Shown in pieces: positions 1-8,827 of a DNA stretch of 64,000 bases. The position numbers and the translations under genes were made by a program. Source of the DNA: an uncultured Gammaproteobacteria bacterium (GTDB lineage Bacteria; Patescibacteriota; Patescibacteriia; UBA10025; JAHIVO01); the NCBI GenBank assembly GCA_964415025.1, contig CAYPXF010000004.1:9138-73137 (forward strand), given 5' to 3'. The notes beneath the pieces are model-generated. The model searched no databases. It saw only the letters and a list, made by a program, of their open reading frames with translations, and had not been told where the DNA came from. Position 1 is the stretch's first letter; every line of letters begins with the position of its first letter.

Positions 1-909
1 GAGCGCAACTGTTAATGAAGATTCGGTGATGAGCACAGTGAATTCCTCGGTAGCCTGAAACTGGGCATTAAAGTTCGCGGGAAAATAACTCAACCGGGCA
101 GTGAACACGCCGGCCGTACCAGGGGTCCCGATAAAACTGCCCTGGATAGTAATCTTTTCACGCCCATTTGTTGAAACGGTGCCAATATCCCACGCATTAC
201 CGGCTGCATTGACAGCCGCAGGCTGTACAGCGCTGACACTAAAATTACTGGGAAACTGCATGGTTAACTCGGCATTTTTCAGATCGACTGCTTCGCCATT
301 TTCCACCGCAAATACTATTGACATCTCTTCAGCGGCAGTTACCGAGACAGGAGCGTTCATATCTATACTGACAGCGTCACCAGTAAAGGTCGGCTGTCCA
401 TTAACAAAAAAATAAAATCCGGCAACGGCAACACCGGCAAGCAGTACTAATATACCGATTGTCCAGACAATTATTTTTTTCTTTTTGTTTGGATCATGGC
501 GATCGATGGTGCCCATTTCTCTCTTTGACGCTCCGCGGCCATACAGATCCTCGAAATTACGGACCACTTGTTGTGGGGGTTTTGGCTGTGTTTGTTCAGT
601 ACCTGGCGTATCTGTTTTTCTTTCCGATGGCGGCTGAATATTACTTTTTGTTTGTTCTTTTTCCGGTGGCGCCGGTGTAACTTTAATTCTTGTTTCCGCT
701 TCTGGCTCGGTCGTCTCTCTCGATACGGTTTCTTTTGCTGGCTGGTGAGATTTTTGATCCGCCTCACGGGCAATCTTGGCTTGAGAGCCGGTCTCGGCTA
801 TCAGCTCCTTGATTTCCTCACGTGCCTTTTTAAATTCTGCCGACGAAGCATCCGTCTTTTTTTTAGAGGAGGGTGAATCTGTAGATTTTTTTTTATTATT
901 TGTAGCCAT
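1..909 (-). CDS. Partial CDS whose C-terminal part lies before the window start. It encodes a membrane protein with a Lys/Arg-rich N-terminal tail, one TM helix and an extracellular beta-rich domain. The ATG is at 909..907.
   Basis: My manual translation of the minus strand from the ATG at 909 stays open through position 1 (303 codons). The product has a basic low-complexity N-terminus, a hydrophobic helix (IIVWTIGILVLLAGVAVAGFYFF) and a beta-strand-rich region. The ORF track misses it because no upstream stop lies inside the window. Confidence 0.5.
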   Translation of the reverse strand, partial: MATNNKKKSTDSPSSKKKTDASSAEFKKAREEIKELIAETGSQAKIAREADQKSHQPAKETVSRETTEPEAETRIKVTPAPPEKEQTKSNIQPPSERKTDTPGTEQTQPKPPQQVVRNFEDLYGRGASKREMGTIDRHDPNKKKKIIVWTIGILVLLAGVAVAGFYFFVNGQPTFTGDAVSIDMNAPVSVTAAEEMSIVFAVENGEAVDLKNAELTMQFPSNFSVSAVQPAAVNAAGNAWDIGTVSTNGREKITIQGSFIGTPGTAGVFTARLSYFPANFNAQFQATEEFTVLITESSLTVAL

Positions 910-926
910 ACTATAAGTATAGCAGA

Positions 927-1673
927 TTATGCGCTGATTAAAAAACTAGCCAGCAGCACCTGCCGTTCTTGGGTATATGTGAAAAAACTATCGGTCAAGG
1001 AGATTATTTGGCGCTGCTCGAGGGGCGAAATTCGCAATCGCCGTACCTCGGTAATGTCATGGTTCAGGATAAAGCGAAGTATTTTAATCGTATTATCAGA
1101 TACCGGCACGCAATGCTTATCATCACCTGCTTCGTCGCGGCCAGCTAAGCCGCCCTTGGCAATATGAAATACATTATGGCCGGGCCGGATCTTTTCCTTA
1201 CTCACGACCGATCTATCGAGCTGTGGTTCATAACCGCTCAATGCCAGTATGTGCCAGGTAACATACCACCCTATCTGTGAAACAGGCCGCTGTCCGCTGT
1301 CGTCCAGCATAGTGAGCACCGAATCAAGCAGCGCGTATATCCGCCTGTCGGGCTGACGCGGGCTGGTTGCCGCCGCGGTAATATGAGCGCAGTATTCTGC
1401 CAAAGCCAGGCGGCGGCTGTCGCTATGAAGTATATGATAATACCGCAGCACATCAGAACTGGTGATAATATCAAACCGTCTTCCCTGGACAATACCGAGC
1501 TGTGTCTGCACCAACGGCTCTAGACTGCCGGCCAATTTACTGTTAATTTTGCGTGCTCCTTTTGCTATACATGGCAATTGGCCGTGCGATGTAGTATACA
1601 GGGTAACCAGGCGGTCAGTCTCGCGGACATCCCGATGGGTCAGTATAATTCCAGTCGCAGCGTACGTGCCCAT
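927..1673 (-). CDS. recO: DNA repair protein RecO
   Basis: The N-terminal OB-fold is RecO-like (GIILTHRDVRETDRLVTLYT..G.L.CIAKGARK). The 248-aa length is typical. The stop sits 18 nt upstream of the next gene start. Confidence 0.75.
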   Translation of the reverse strand: MGTYAATGIILTHRDVRETDRLVTLYTTSHGQLPCIAKGARKINSKLAGSLEPLVQTQLGIVQGRRFDIITSSDVLRYYHILHSDSRRLALAEYCAHITAAATSPRQPDRRIYALLDSVLTMLDDSGQRPVSQIGWYVTWHILALSGYEPQLDRSVVSKEKIRPGHNVFHIAKGGLAGRDEAGDDKHCVPVSDNTIKILRFILNHDITEVRRLRISPLEQRQIISLTDSFFTYTQERQVLLASFLISA

Positions 1674-1695
1674 GGATTACAGCGGTGATTGTTCT

Positions 1696-4599
1696 TTATG
1701 TTTTTATGCCAAAGCTGGCCTTACTGCCATCAAGCTCGATAACAGTCCTCGCATCAATATTTTCAGGAATACCGGGCAGACAATCTTTGGCAATAATCTC
1801 CTGGCATATATCAGACTTATAATGCTGGATAACGCCGATGACTCTGTCACTGTTGGATTCATAATACATAGTGATGCTGTCATTTACCGTCAGCTGGGCG
1901 TCTTTGCGCATAGCGTTGATATGACGCACAATTTCACGGGCTAGTCCCTGCTCGCGCAGCTCATCAGTAATAGTCGTATCAAGCGCTACCTTGACATCAT
2001 GGTCATAGGCCGTCACAAACTCACTTCCAGACGGTAGCGTGTCAACAGCGATAACCTCCTGCACATTTAGTTCTTCCTGCACCAGATTGCGATACTCCTG
2101 GTCAAGTGCTCCCTGGATGATAAGCTGTGACAATGGCTGACGTACCTTGATTTTCTCCTGTTTACGGAGGTTATGACCGAGCTCTACGGCCTTACGCACG
2201 AGCTCCATCGTCTGGATCAGCTCCGTGTCCTGGGATAATTTTTCTGGTTCTGGCCAATCAGTCAGGTGCACACTGGCCGGATTTTTCTTCCTTTTCACTG
2301 CACGATAAATTATATCGGCAAACATGGGCGCAAACGGCGCCATCAGCTGTGCTAACACGGATAATACTCGTCGCAGCGTAGCGGCAGCTGCTTGCTGTTG
2401 CCTGCCTCCAGACTTAAATCTATTCCGTGAACGACGCACATACCAGGTAGAAAGATCATTAATAAACGCCGTAAGGGCGCGGGCTGCTTCAGTCACCTGA
2501 TACCCCTCCAGCTGGATTGTGACATCCTGGACCAGTGCCTGCAGCCTGGCCGTCACCCAACGATCCAGAATGTGTTCGGATGCTTGCTCACTATCAGTGT
2601 CCTCTCCTCTGTACATCTGCCAAAAGGTCAGCACATTCCAGAGAATAAGCCACACCTTTTTTACTACATCCTCAAGCTGTTTTTCGCTGAATAGCTTCGT
2701 CTCTCCCGGCTGATTCATGGTGTATAGATACCAACGTAGCGGATCAGCGCCGTATTTTCGGATAGCAGCAAATGGATCAACGACATTACCACGTGACTTG
2801 GACATTTTTTTACCATGCTCATCCAGGATCAAATTAAGGCAGGTGACACTTTTATACGGCGGCTCTTTATCTAGCAAGGTAGCAACAGCTAATAAGGTGT
2901 AAAACCAACCCCTCGTCTGATCAATCGCCTCGGCAATATAGTCAGCCGGGTAATGCGTGCCCTTATCAATGCGCTCTGTATTGGTAAACGGATAATGCCA
3001 CTGGGCAAACGGCATTGCCCCAGAATCAAACCACACGTCAACCACTTCAGGTACGCGGTGATACTCTTTGCCGTCCTTGAGCACGACGACATCATCAATA
3101 TACGGACGGTGCATATCAAAATCATCGGTTATCATATCTGGCTGCTTGGCCAAGGCGCGTAATTCTTCACGTGAACCAATACAAACACAATCGCCATCGT
3201 CCGCTTCCCAGATCGGCAGTGGCGTGCCCCAGTAGCGTTCCCGGGAAAAGGCCCAGTCCTTCAGCTCATTGAGCCACTCGCCAAACCGCCCCTGCTGGAT
3301 ATACGCGGGCGTCCACTTGATAGTTTGGTTTGCCTTAATAAGCCTGTCTTTTAGCTCGCTCATGCGTACAAACCAGGAATTCTTCGCATAATACAGCAGT
3401 GGAGTGTCACAGCGCCAACAAAAAGGATACGAGTGTTTATATGGTGTGGCACGGAGTAATAAATTTTGCTCCTCTAAATAATTAATAATACCACGCTCTA
3501 CGTCCTTATCTTTCACAAACTGTCCGGCCCACTGCGCCACGTCTGCGGTAAAATTGCCATTTTCGTCCACGGTATGGTGTTTGGGCAGTCCGACTTTTTC
3601 ACCGAGCTGATAATCGTCCTCGCCATACATGACCGCGGTGTGCACGATTCCGGTTCCCTCTTCAGTAGTAACAAAATCAGCCGTATACACTTTATGCGCA
3701 GTTGCGTTCTGCAGTGCGGCTATGGAAAATAGCGGCTCATACGACATGCCTACCAAATCAACCCCCTGGCAAGTATCAACTTCTTTGTATTTTCCAAATA
3801 ATGAATCAGCAATATTCTGGGCCACAATATAGTACTCTTTGCCGACTTTTATCTTAGCATAGGTAATATCCCGCCCCACGGCCAGGGCGACATTGCCCGG
3901 CAGGGTCCAGGGGGTGGTAGTCCAGGATAGCATATAGGTGTCCGGCTCATTTACGAGACGGAATTTCACATAGACTGACTCTTCGGTCACTTCTTCGTAC
4001 CCGAGCGCTACCTCATGTGAAGACAATGCTGTGCCGCAGCGCGGGCAGTGCGGTACGACTTTATAGCCTTTATACAATAACCCCTTGTCCCAGACCTGCT
4101 TAATAATCCACCACAGTGATTCGATATAGTCATTATGATACGTAATATAGGGATGCTCCAGGTCGATCCAATACCCGATACGTTTTGTCAACCGCTCCCA
4201 GGCATCCTGGTACTGCCATACGCTTTCCCGACACTTGGCATTAAACGCGGCAATGCCATATTTTTCAATTTCTGGTTTGCCAGATATTTTGAGTTCTTTT
4301 TCGACTTGCAGCTCGACGGGGAGCCCGTGGGTATCCCAGCCGGCTTTACGCTCGACAAAACGGCCGCGCATCGTTTGATACCGGGGGATGACGTCCTTAT
4401 AAGCCCGGGCGAGGACATGATGAATGCCGGGCATGCCATTGGCTGTCGGCGGACCCTCGAAAAAAACAAACGGCTTGCCGTCTCTAGTCTTCTCAAGCGA
4501 CTGCTGAAATATTTCCTTCTTTTCCCAGAATGCGAGAATATCCTCTTCAAGTTTTGGGAAGTCTGGCTTATTCGATTGTGTACGTTTAGTTGCTGCCAT
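1696..4599 (-). CDS. ileS: Isoleucyl-tRNA synthetase. The likely true start is the internal ATG at 4599, not the ORF-track start at 4728.
   Basis: It has a class I aaRS HIGH-region motif (PTANGMPGIHHV), a KMSKS motif (KMSKSRGN), a WTTTPWTLPGN editing/CP1 signature and an IleRS-type C-terminal region. The length is about 967 aa. Confidence 0.9.
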   Translation of the reverse strand: MAATKRTQSNKPDFPKLEEDILAFWEKKEIFQQSLEKTRDGKPFVFFEGPPTANGMPGIHHVLARAYKDVIPRYQTMRGRFVERKAGWDTHGLPVELQVEKELKISGKPEIEKYGIAAFNAKCRESVWQYQDAWERLTKRIGYWIDLEHPYITYHNDYIESLWWIIKQVWDKGLLYKGYKVVPHCPRCGTALSSHEVALGYEEVTEESVYVKFRLVNEPDTYMLSWTTTPWTLPGNVALAVGRDITYAKIKVGKEYYIVAQNIADSLFGKYKEVDTCQGVDLVGMSYEPLFSIAALQNATAHKVYTADFVTTEEGTGIVHTAVMYGEDDYQLGEKVGLPKHHTVDENGNFTADVAQWAGQFVKDKDVERGIINYLEEQNLLLRATPYKHSYPFCWRCDTPLLYYAKNSWFVRMSELKDRLIKANQTIKWTPAYIQQGRFGEWLNELKDWAFSRERYWGTPLPIWEADDGDCVCIGSREELRALAKQPDMITDDFDMHRPYIDDVVVLKDGKEYHRVPEVVDVWFDSGAMPFAQWHYPFTNTERIDKGTHYPADYIAEAIDQTRGWFYTLLAVATLLDKEPPYKSVTCLNLILDEHGKKMSKSRGNVVDPFAAIRKYGADPLRWYLYTMNQPGETKLFSEKQLEDVVKKVWLILWNVLTFWQMYRGEDTDSEQASEHILDRWVTARLQALVQDVTIQLEGYQVTEAARALTAFINDLSTWYVRRSRNRFKSGGRQQQAAAATLRRVLSVLAQLMAPFAPMFADIIYRAVKRKKNPASVHLTDWPEPEKLSQDTELIQTMELVRKAVELGHNLRKQEKIKVRQPLSQLIIQGALDQEYRNLVQEELNVQEVIAVDTLPSGSEFVTAYDHDVKVALDTTITDELREQGLAREIVRHINAMRKDAQLTVNDSITMYYESNSDRVIGVIQHYKSDICQEIIAKDCLPGIPENIDARTVIELDGSKASFGIKT

Positions 4600-4655
4600 A
4601 AGGACTAGTAATCTATATTGTAGTAAAAATCCCCCCCCTGTGCAAGCTATGTGAC

Positions 4656-4684
4656 TTGACAAGGCCCCAGGACCAGGATACAGT
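4656..4684 (+). promoter_or_regulatory. Candidate sigma70-type promoter for the 4712 gene: TTGACA, 17-nt spacer, TACAGT
   Basis: TTGACA lies at 4656-4661 and TACAGT at 4679-4684, about 27 nt upstream of a strong RBS (GAGGAGG) and the ATG at 4712. Confidence 0.35.
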
Positions 4685-4711
4685 AGGTGCGGACAGAGAC
4701 GAGGAGGATCT

Positions 4712-4936
4712 ATGCCCGGAAAAGCCAAAATAAAATGCAGTGCTAATCTTCATCACAATTTAAAAACAGAATCAGGTATACGTTACCGCTACTGCCCCTT
4801 TTGCGGAGATCTGCTCGATGCAAATAACTCCGGAGTGCCCCGGTGCAAAGAGTATCATCACCGTTATAATAAAGAAAATATCTACTGCCCCCACTGCGGT
4901 GAAAAAATCAGACCGCCTCCGGAGAATTCAAGCTAA
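4712..4936 (+). CDS. Small zinc-ribbon protein with two CxxC pairs
   Basis: A GAGGAGG sequence sits 5 nt before the ATG. CPFCG...CPHCGEK form two CxxC pairs. An intrinsic terminator follows the stop. Confidence 0.55.
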   Translation: MPGKAKIKCSANLHHNLKTESGIRYRYCPFCGDLLDANNSGVPRCKEYHHRYNKENIYCPHCGEKIRPPPENSS

Positions 4937-4940
4937 TACA

Positions 4941-4972
4941 GAGCAACACAGCTACAGTGTTGCTCTTTTATA
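4941..4972 (+). terminator. Rho-independent terminator (GAGCAACAC-loop-GTGTTGCTC followed by a T-run)
   Basis: A perfect 9-bp stem with a 7-nt loop is followed by TTTTATATAT, immediately after the zinc-ribbon gene. Confidence 0.5.
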
Positions 4973-4975
4973 TAT

Positions 4976-5006
4976 ATAAAAATCCACCGCAGTAATAACG
5001 GTGGAT
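4976..5006 (-). terminator. Rho-independent terminator for the minus-strand methyltransferase gene
   Basis: On the minus strand an ATCCACCG / CGGTGGAT 8-bp stem is followed by TTTTTAT. It lies just after the stop of the 5023..5712 gene. Confidence 0.45.
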
Positions 5007-5022
5007 TATGTGGATGATTGTC

Positions 5023-5712
5023 TTATGGTTTGGCGATAAATACATAATCACCATACGATGTGGCTCGTGGCGGCCACTGCTTGGGTATTTTGACAGCTGA
5101 AAACGATTCCTGCAGTAGCGCAGCCACTTCATCAACATTAAGACGATAGCCCTTTGCGCATTTGTCCATAGTTACTGTTTTCTCAATCAGCGCACGGCAC
5201 AGTTCTGGCAGCTGGTCACGGTCGGCGTATGCTTGCCAAAACTGTATGATAGCAGCGCGGCGCTCAACCGTATTACTACAGGGGGCGATACATGACTCGC
5301 CAAAAATGGCTATGCCGTCTGGCGCCAGCCACTGCCGTATGGCAGACACAAACCGCGGCTGTTTGGCACGCGGCATTTGTGCCAACCCGTCATAACAGAT
5401 GATGCAGTCAAATAGTTGCCCCTCGCCCCACGACCAGTCGAGCGGATCAGCGCACACAAACCGAGCGTCCTTGTTTTTTTGTTCGGCTGCCTGGATAATT
5501 GCTTTGCAATTATCCATCCCGATTACATGCAGATCAGGACGCTCACGAAGTATCATCTCGGCTAAAATACCACTCCCACACATGGCGTTTAATACCGTGC
5601 CTCCCTGTTTGGTACGTTCACGTACTAAACTGTTAATGCGTTTCAGTACTTTAGCATACGGCAAATGCTGTGCGCCTGATTCAAACATGGCCGGTGTAAT
5701 TCCCTGTCGCAT
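5023..5712 (-). CDS. Class I SAM-dependent methyltransferase
   Basis: SAM-binding motif I (VLNAMCGSGILAE) and a post-I acidic motif (VIGMDN) are present. An AGGAGG RBS sits 5 nt before the ATG. Confidence 0.75.
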   Translation of the reverse strand: MRQGITPAMFESGAQHLPYAKVLKRINSLVRERTKQGGTVLNAMCGSGILAEMILRERPDLHVIGMDNCKAIIQAAEQKNKDARFVCADPLDWSWGEGQLFDCIICYDGLAQMPRAKQPRFVSAIRQWLAPDGIAIFGESCIAPCSNTVERRAAIIQFWQAYADRDQLPELCRALIEKTVTMDKCAKGYRLNVDEVAALLQESFSAVKIPKQWPPRATSYGDYVFIAKP

Positions 5713-5796
5713 GGTTCCTCCTTGGGTGTGCTAATGAACTGTTTCTCTTTATTTAGTCAAGTGTACTGGATAAGACGCATTTGTCAATGCTCATAC

Positions 5797-5834
5797 TAAA
5801 AAACCACCGCCCTTCGCTTGCCAAAGGACGGTGA
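5797..5834 (-). terminator. Putative intrinsic terminator after the 5858..6376 gene
   Basis: On the minus strand an imperfect GC-rich stem (CACCGCCCTTCG / CAAAGGACGGTG) is followed by TTTTTT. Confidence 0.35.
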
Positions 5835-5857
5835 TTATTTAAAAGAGGGGTCATGTA

Positions 5858-6376
5858 TTATAATTCCATCATGAGACCGCGATGGCCGCGACCAAATCCC
5901 CGACTTTCATGCACGGCCGTATGATCGAGGCGCTCCTGCATTTGTTCCTCGGTGATAGTTCCCTCGTCTACCATTTGCTGCAGGTATTCCTGCATGCGCT
6001 CCTGGTGCTGCGCCCGGCGCTGGTTCATGACTTCGGCATGGGAAATGCCTCGCTGATCCAGCAGCTGGGCAAATGTCTTTGTTTCAAGCTCTGATTGCAG
6101 TTCCTCTACGGTAATACCCAGCAAATCTGCTTGTTCCTCGAGACGTTCTTGCTGCCGGAGTTCGTACAGCTGTTGGTGTGTTATACCCTGTTCATCGAGG
6201 ATTTGTGCCATAGATTTGTCTTCGAGCTGGATTTGCAGTTCTTCGGTGGTTATACCGAGCACTTCTGCCTTGCCTTCAAAACCCGGACCAAACCCTCCGC
6301 GGGCCAGAGCGACTGTGCCGCCAACGATGGCGAAAGCAACGAGACCAAGCAATGAACCGAGAATATATTTTTTCAT
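5858..6376 (-). CDS. Secreted protein with internal 45-aa repeats
   Basis: It has a signal peptide (MKKYILGSLLGLVAFAIVGG) and about 2.5 tandem repeats of LGIT.EELQ..LE.K..AQ.LD..GI.H. Confidence 0.55.
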   Translation of the reverse strand: MKKYILGSLLGLVAFAIVGGTVALARGGFGPGFEGKAEVLGITTEELQIQLEDKSMAQILDEQGITHQQLYELRQQERLEEQADLLGITVEELQSELETKTFAQLLDQRGISHAEVMNQRRAQHQERMQEYLQQMVDEGTITEEQMQERLDHTAVHESRGFGRGHRGLMMEL

Positions 6377-6474
6377 AAAAAGGTTGGTAAAAAGAATTAA
6401 TAATTAGAGAGGCTAGCCAATTCGACCTTGCAATCTTTTATACGCATGTGAATAAATAATATTTCATACACCAG

Positions 6475-7236
6475 CTATATTCTCCTCATTTGCAGTTGCA
6501 TATTGAGGTGCGGTGGATGAAAATACCTTCGGCCCGGACCATGGTGGTAGAGCAGTACCTGCTCGGCTTGGAAATACTCCTGTTCAGAATCAGATTTCAG
6601 CTCACCGATAATCCTGACAACCTGCCCTTCAGTAATTCGTGGCGGCATGGATAATTCATCGATCTTTACTATCCATAGAGTACCGCCAAAATCACGCAGT
6701 TCAAAATACTGCTCTGCCGGCCTGATACGCGTAATTCCTCCGGCTAAAAACCCTTCCTCTGGCTGGGACCAGAAATGGGCCCGGTCGTGCATTATCCTGT
6801 TGTAAACGGGCAGTCGATCAACAAAAAACGAATGAATCGGCGGAGCCAGGCCGGCACTGTAGATGACGCCTCCCAGTAAAATACTGACCAATATGCTGGC
6901 GAGCAATACCCAATAAGCTCGATACCGGTACACGCCCTTAGTATGGCGGGCATTATAGTAGGCTAACCCGACAAATAGTACCAGAACCACCAGCCACACA
7001 TACGGCAAGGTGCTGAAAAAATATTGCAGCGGCGTCTGGGGGAGAAGCTTCATAATCTCCCAGTCATTGTTAACAATATGGTACAGCATGACGCTAAAAG
7101 CAACACTGCCAACCAGCACCGAAACCACGGTAGCTGCGGCGATCAGGCCATCGTGCAGCAGAAAACGCCAGCGCGGTTTGGGGGCGATATTGTTATCCTT
7201 TATATCCTGTAATACTTTTTCGCTTAATTCTGTCAT
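6475..7236 (-). CDS. Membrane protein immediately downstream of the ECF sigma factor; putative anti-sigma factor
   Basis: It has a cytoplasmic N-terminus, about 4 TM helices and a C-terminal domain. Its start is 5 nt after the sigma gene stop, a typical sigma/anti-sigma arrangement. No sequence family was recognised. Confidence 0.45.
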   Translation of the reverse strand: MTELSEKVLQDIKDNNIAPKPRWRFLLHDGLIAAATVVSVLVGSVAFSVMLYHIVNNDWEIMKLLPQTPLQYFFSTLPYVWLVVLVLFVGLAYYNARHTKGVYRYRAYWVLLASILVSILLGGVIYSAGLAPPIHSFFVDRLPVYNRIMHDRAHFWSQPEEGFLAGGITRIRPAEQYFELRDFGGTLWIVKIDELSMPPRITEGQVVRIIGELKSDSEQEYFQAEQVLLYHHGPGRRYFHPPHLNMQLQMRRI

Positions 7237-7241
7237 AGTAT

Positions 7242-7826
7242 TTAGAATGTGATATTCAATTCTTTTGCCTTCTCACGGAACTGCTGTTTAGCGCGAAATA
7301 ATAATGTCCCTACTGTATTGACTGGCTTTTGCAAAATATCAGAAATTTCCTTATATCCTCGTCCTTCCAGATATTTTAGGACCAATACATCTCGGTATTT
7401 ATGGTCAAGTTTTCGGAAAACCATTTGTAATCTGCTGGTATCGATATGACGATCAACCTGGCGATCAATATCCTGGTCGTCAGCGATCATGGCCATGATA
7501 TGTTCGCCATCCTCACCGCCAATCGTCTGCGGCCGACGCTGACTGGCGCGGTATTGGCTGATAACCATATTATGAGTAATGCGATAAATCCACGAGGAAA
7601 ACTTCATCCGACGATTAAAGCCGCGGAGATTACGGTAAACATTGATAAAAACATCCTGGAGAATATCCTCAACGTCCTCTTCATCAAAAGAAGCAATACG
7701 CCGGACATACCGCCTCAACCGCTGTTCGTAGCGCCGCATCAGGCAGCTATACCAGTCAGGATCCTGAAGCGCCAGCGTCACGAGTTCTTCGTCACTTTTT
7801 TCACTACAATCAAGCGGCACTCCCAT
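7242..7826 (-). CDS. RNA polymerase sigma-70 factor, ECF subfamily
   Basis: The region 2 signature (DVFINVYRNL..F..WIYRITHN) and a region 4 HTH (GRGYKEISDILQKPVNTVGTLLFRAKQ) are present. Confidence 0.85.
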   Translation of the reverse strand: MGVPLDCSEKSDEELVTLALQDPDWYSCLMRRYEQRLRRYVRRIASFDEEDVEDILQDVFINVYRNLRGFNRRMKFSSWIYRITHNMVISQYRASQRRPQTIGGEDGEHIMAMIADDQDIDRQVDRHIDTSRLQMVFRKLDHKYRDVLVLKYLEGRGYKEISDILQKPVNTVGTLLFRAKQQFREKAKELNITF

Positions 7827-7869
7827 AATATATAGTACGCTTCATTTCTATTAATATTTCTGCACGCTA

Positions 7870-8127
7870 TTACCGGCGCGGGTCAAACTGCAGATACTCC
7901 TCCAAACGCTCCCTGTCAAACCCGGCCATCACTTCCTCGCCATCTTCCTCGGCCACGACGATGACCGGTACCTCCATTTGGCCCGATTTATCGATCATGG
8001 TCTTGAGCGCTGACTGGTTTTCCGCCACATTTATCACGGTTACGCCCATCCCCTTTTCACGGAAATACTGCAATGCCTCATCACAGCGGGGCGAGCCTGT
8101 TTTAATGTAAATGGTAATTTCCTGCAT
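7870..8127 (-). CDS. Glutaredoxin-like thioredoxin-fold protein with a single-Cys SPRC motif
   Basis: The 85-aa protein starts IYIKTGSPRCDEA..., has cis-Pro region VPVIVV and has the size of NrdH/Grx-like proteins. Confidence 0.6.
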   Translation of the reverse strand: MQEITIYIKTGSPRCDEALQYFREKGMGVTVINVAENQSALKTMIDKSGQMEVPVIVVAEEDGEEVMAGFDRERLEEYLQFDPRR

Positions 8128-8186
8128 AGTGTCTGTAGTATATCATTATCCCGGATAACAGTAAAAGAGGTATTTCACCATCATAT

Positions 8187-8211
8187 AAAAAAGCGTCATG
8201 AAGACGCTTTT
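8187..8211 (-). terminator. Intrinsic terminator downstream of the 8216..8485 gene
   Basis: An AAGCGTC-ATGAA-GACGCTT hairpin has a T-run on the minus strand (the A-run at 8187-8194 on the plus strand). Confidence 0.4.
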
Positions 8212-8215
8212 CTTA

Positions 8216-8485
8216 TTATTCTGTGTGTATGATAATAGAACGTACGTTGACTTTTTTGCCGGCAATCCAGCAGATCCAGCCAGTAGACGGTTTCCAGATC
8301 AGATACACTGGCACCGCCTGACTGTCGGCTCTGGCCTGGACAGTAATTTTTCTTTTTTTTACACTACCCTTACGCATGATAGCGCGTACGTATATCGTAC
8401 TAATACTATCCCCTGAAATGATCCGTATCTCCAACAGATTACCGATCTCGGGCATGACACTATAAAACATCTGTTTGTCCGCCAT
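8216..8485 (-). CDS. Hypothetical 89-aa protein
   Basis: The ORF continues the upstream minus-strand gene string (GT4, then DUF167, then this gene) and is followed by a hairpin terminator. No motif was recognised. Confidence 0.35.
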   Translation of the reverse strand: MADKQMFYSVMPEIGNLLEIRIISGDSISTIYVRAIMRKGSVKKRKITVQARADSQAVPVYLIWKPSTGWICWIAGKKVNVRSIIIHTE

Positions 8486-8550
8486 AGCTCCTCCTCGCTC
8501 CTGTTAAATGTACTCCTTCCTCACTAACCTAGCAAATCCAGCAAAACACG

Positions 8551-8826
8551 TCAATGGATTGATCGTATATTTTCTGGATTGAGAGGTATAAATACCTTTT
8601 TGCGTGGTGAAGTTTGGCCGCGGATAATTTTAATCCTGGTTGGTGATACAGAATAATAATCAGCCAAAAGAACGCACACCATGGTATTTGCCTTGCCTTT
8701 TTCCGGTGCAGCGGCTACCTTCAGCTTTAGTGTACCACCAATAACTCCGCACACCTCATTTGCCGGCGCGCTGGCTATGACTTTTACGGATACTAGTACT
8801 CCGCCATCAACTGTTCGGTACCACAT
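8551..8826 (-). CDS. DUF167 / YggU-family small protein
   Basis: It carries the YggU-like pattern (G..L.VKV.A.P..G.AN..V...LA....VS...I.I..G..S..K). Confidence 0.65.
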   Translation of the reverse strand: MWYRTVDGGVLVSVKVIASAPANEVCGVIGGTLKLKVAAAPEKGKANTMVCVLLADYYSVSPTRIKIIRGQTSPRKKVFIPLNPENIRSIH

Positions 8827-8827
8827 C

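Noticed and set aside
459-876. Short ORFs 459..680 (+), 471..773 (-) and 568..876 (+)
   Set aside because: All fall inside the long minus-strand ORF 1..909 that I translated manually. The 471..773 ORF is that gene read in another frame. They are shadow ORFs.
4600-4728. ORF-track start of ileS at 4728 (MAFPGIDPP...)
   Set aside because: The conserved IleRS N-terminus begins at the internal Met (MAATKRTQ...) at 4599. The upstream extension runs into the divergent promoter and RBS of the zinc-ribbon gene.
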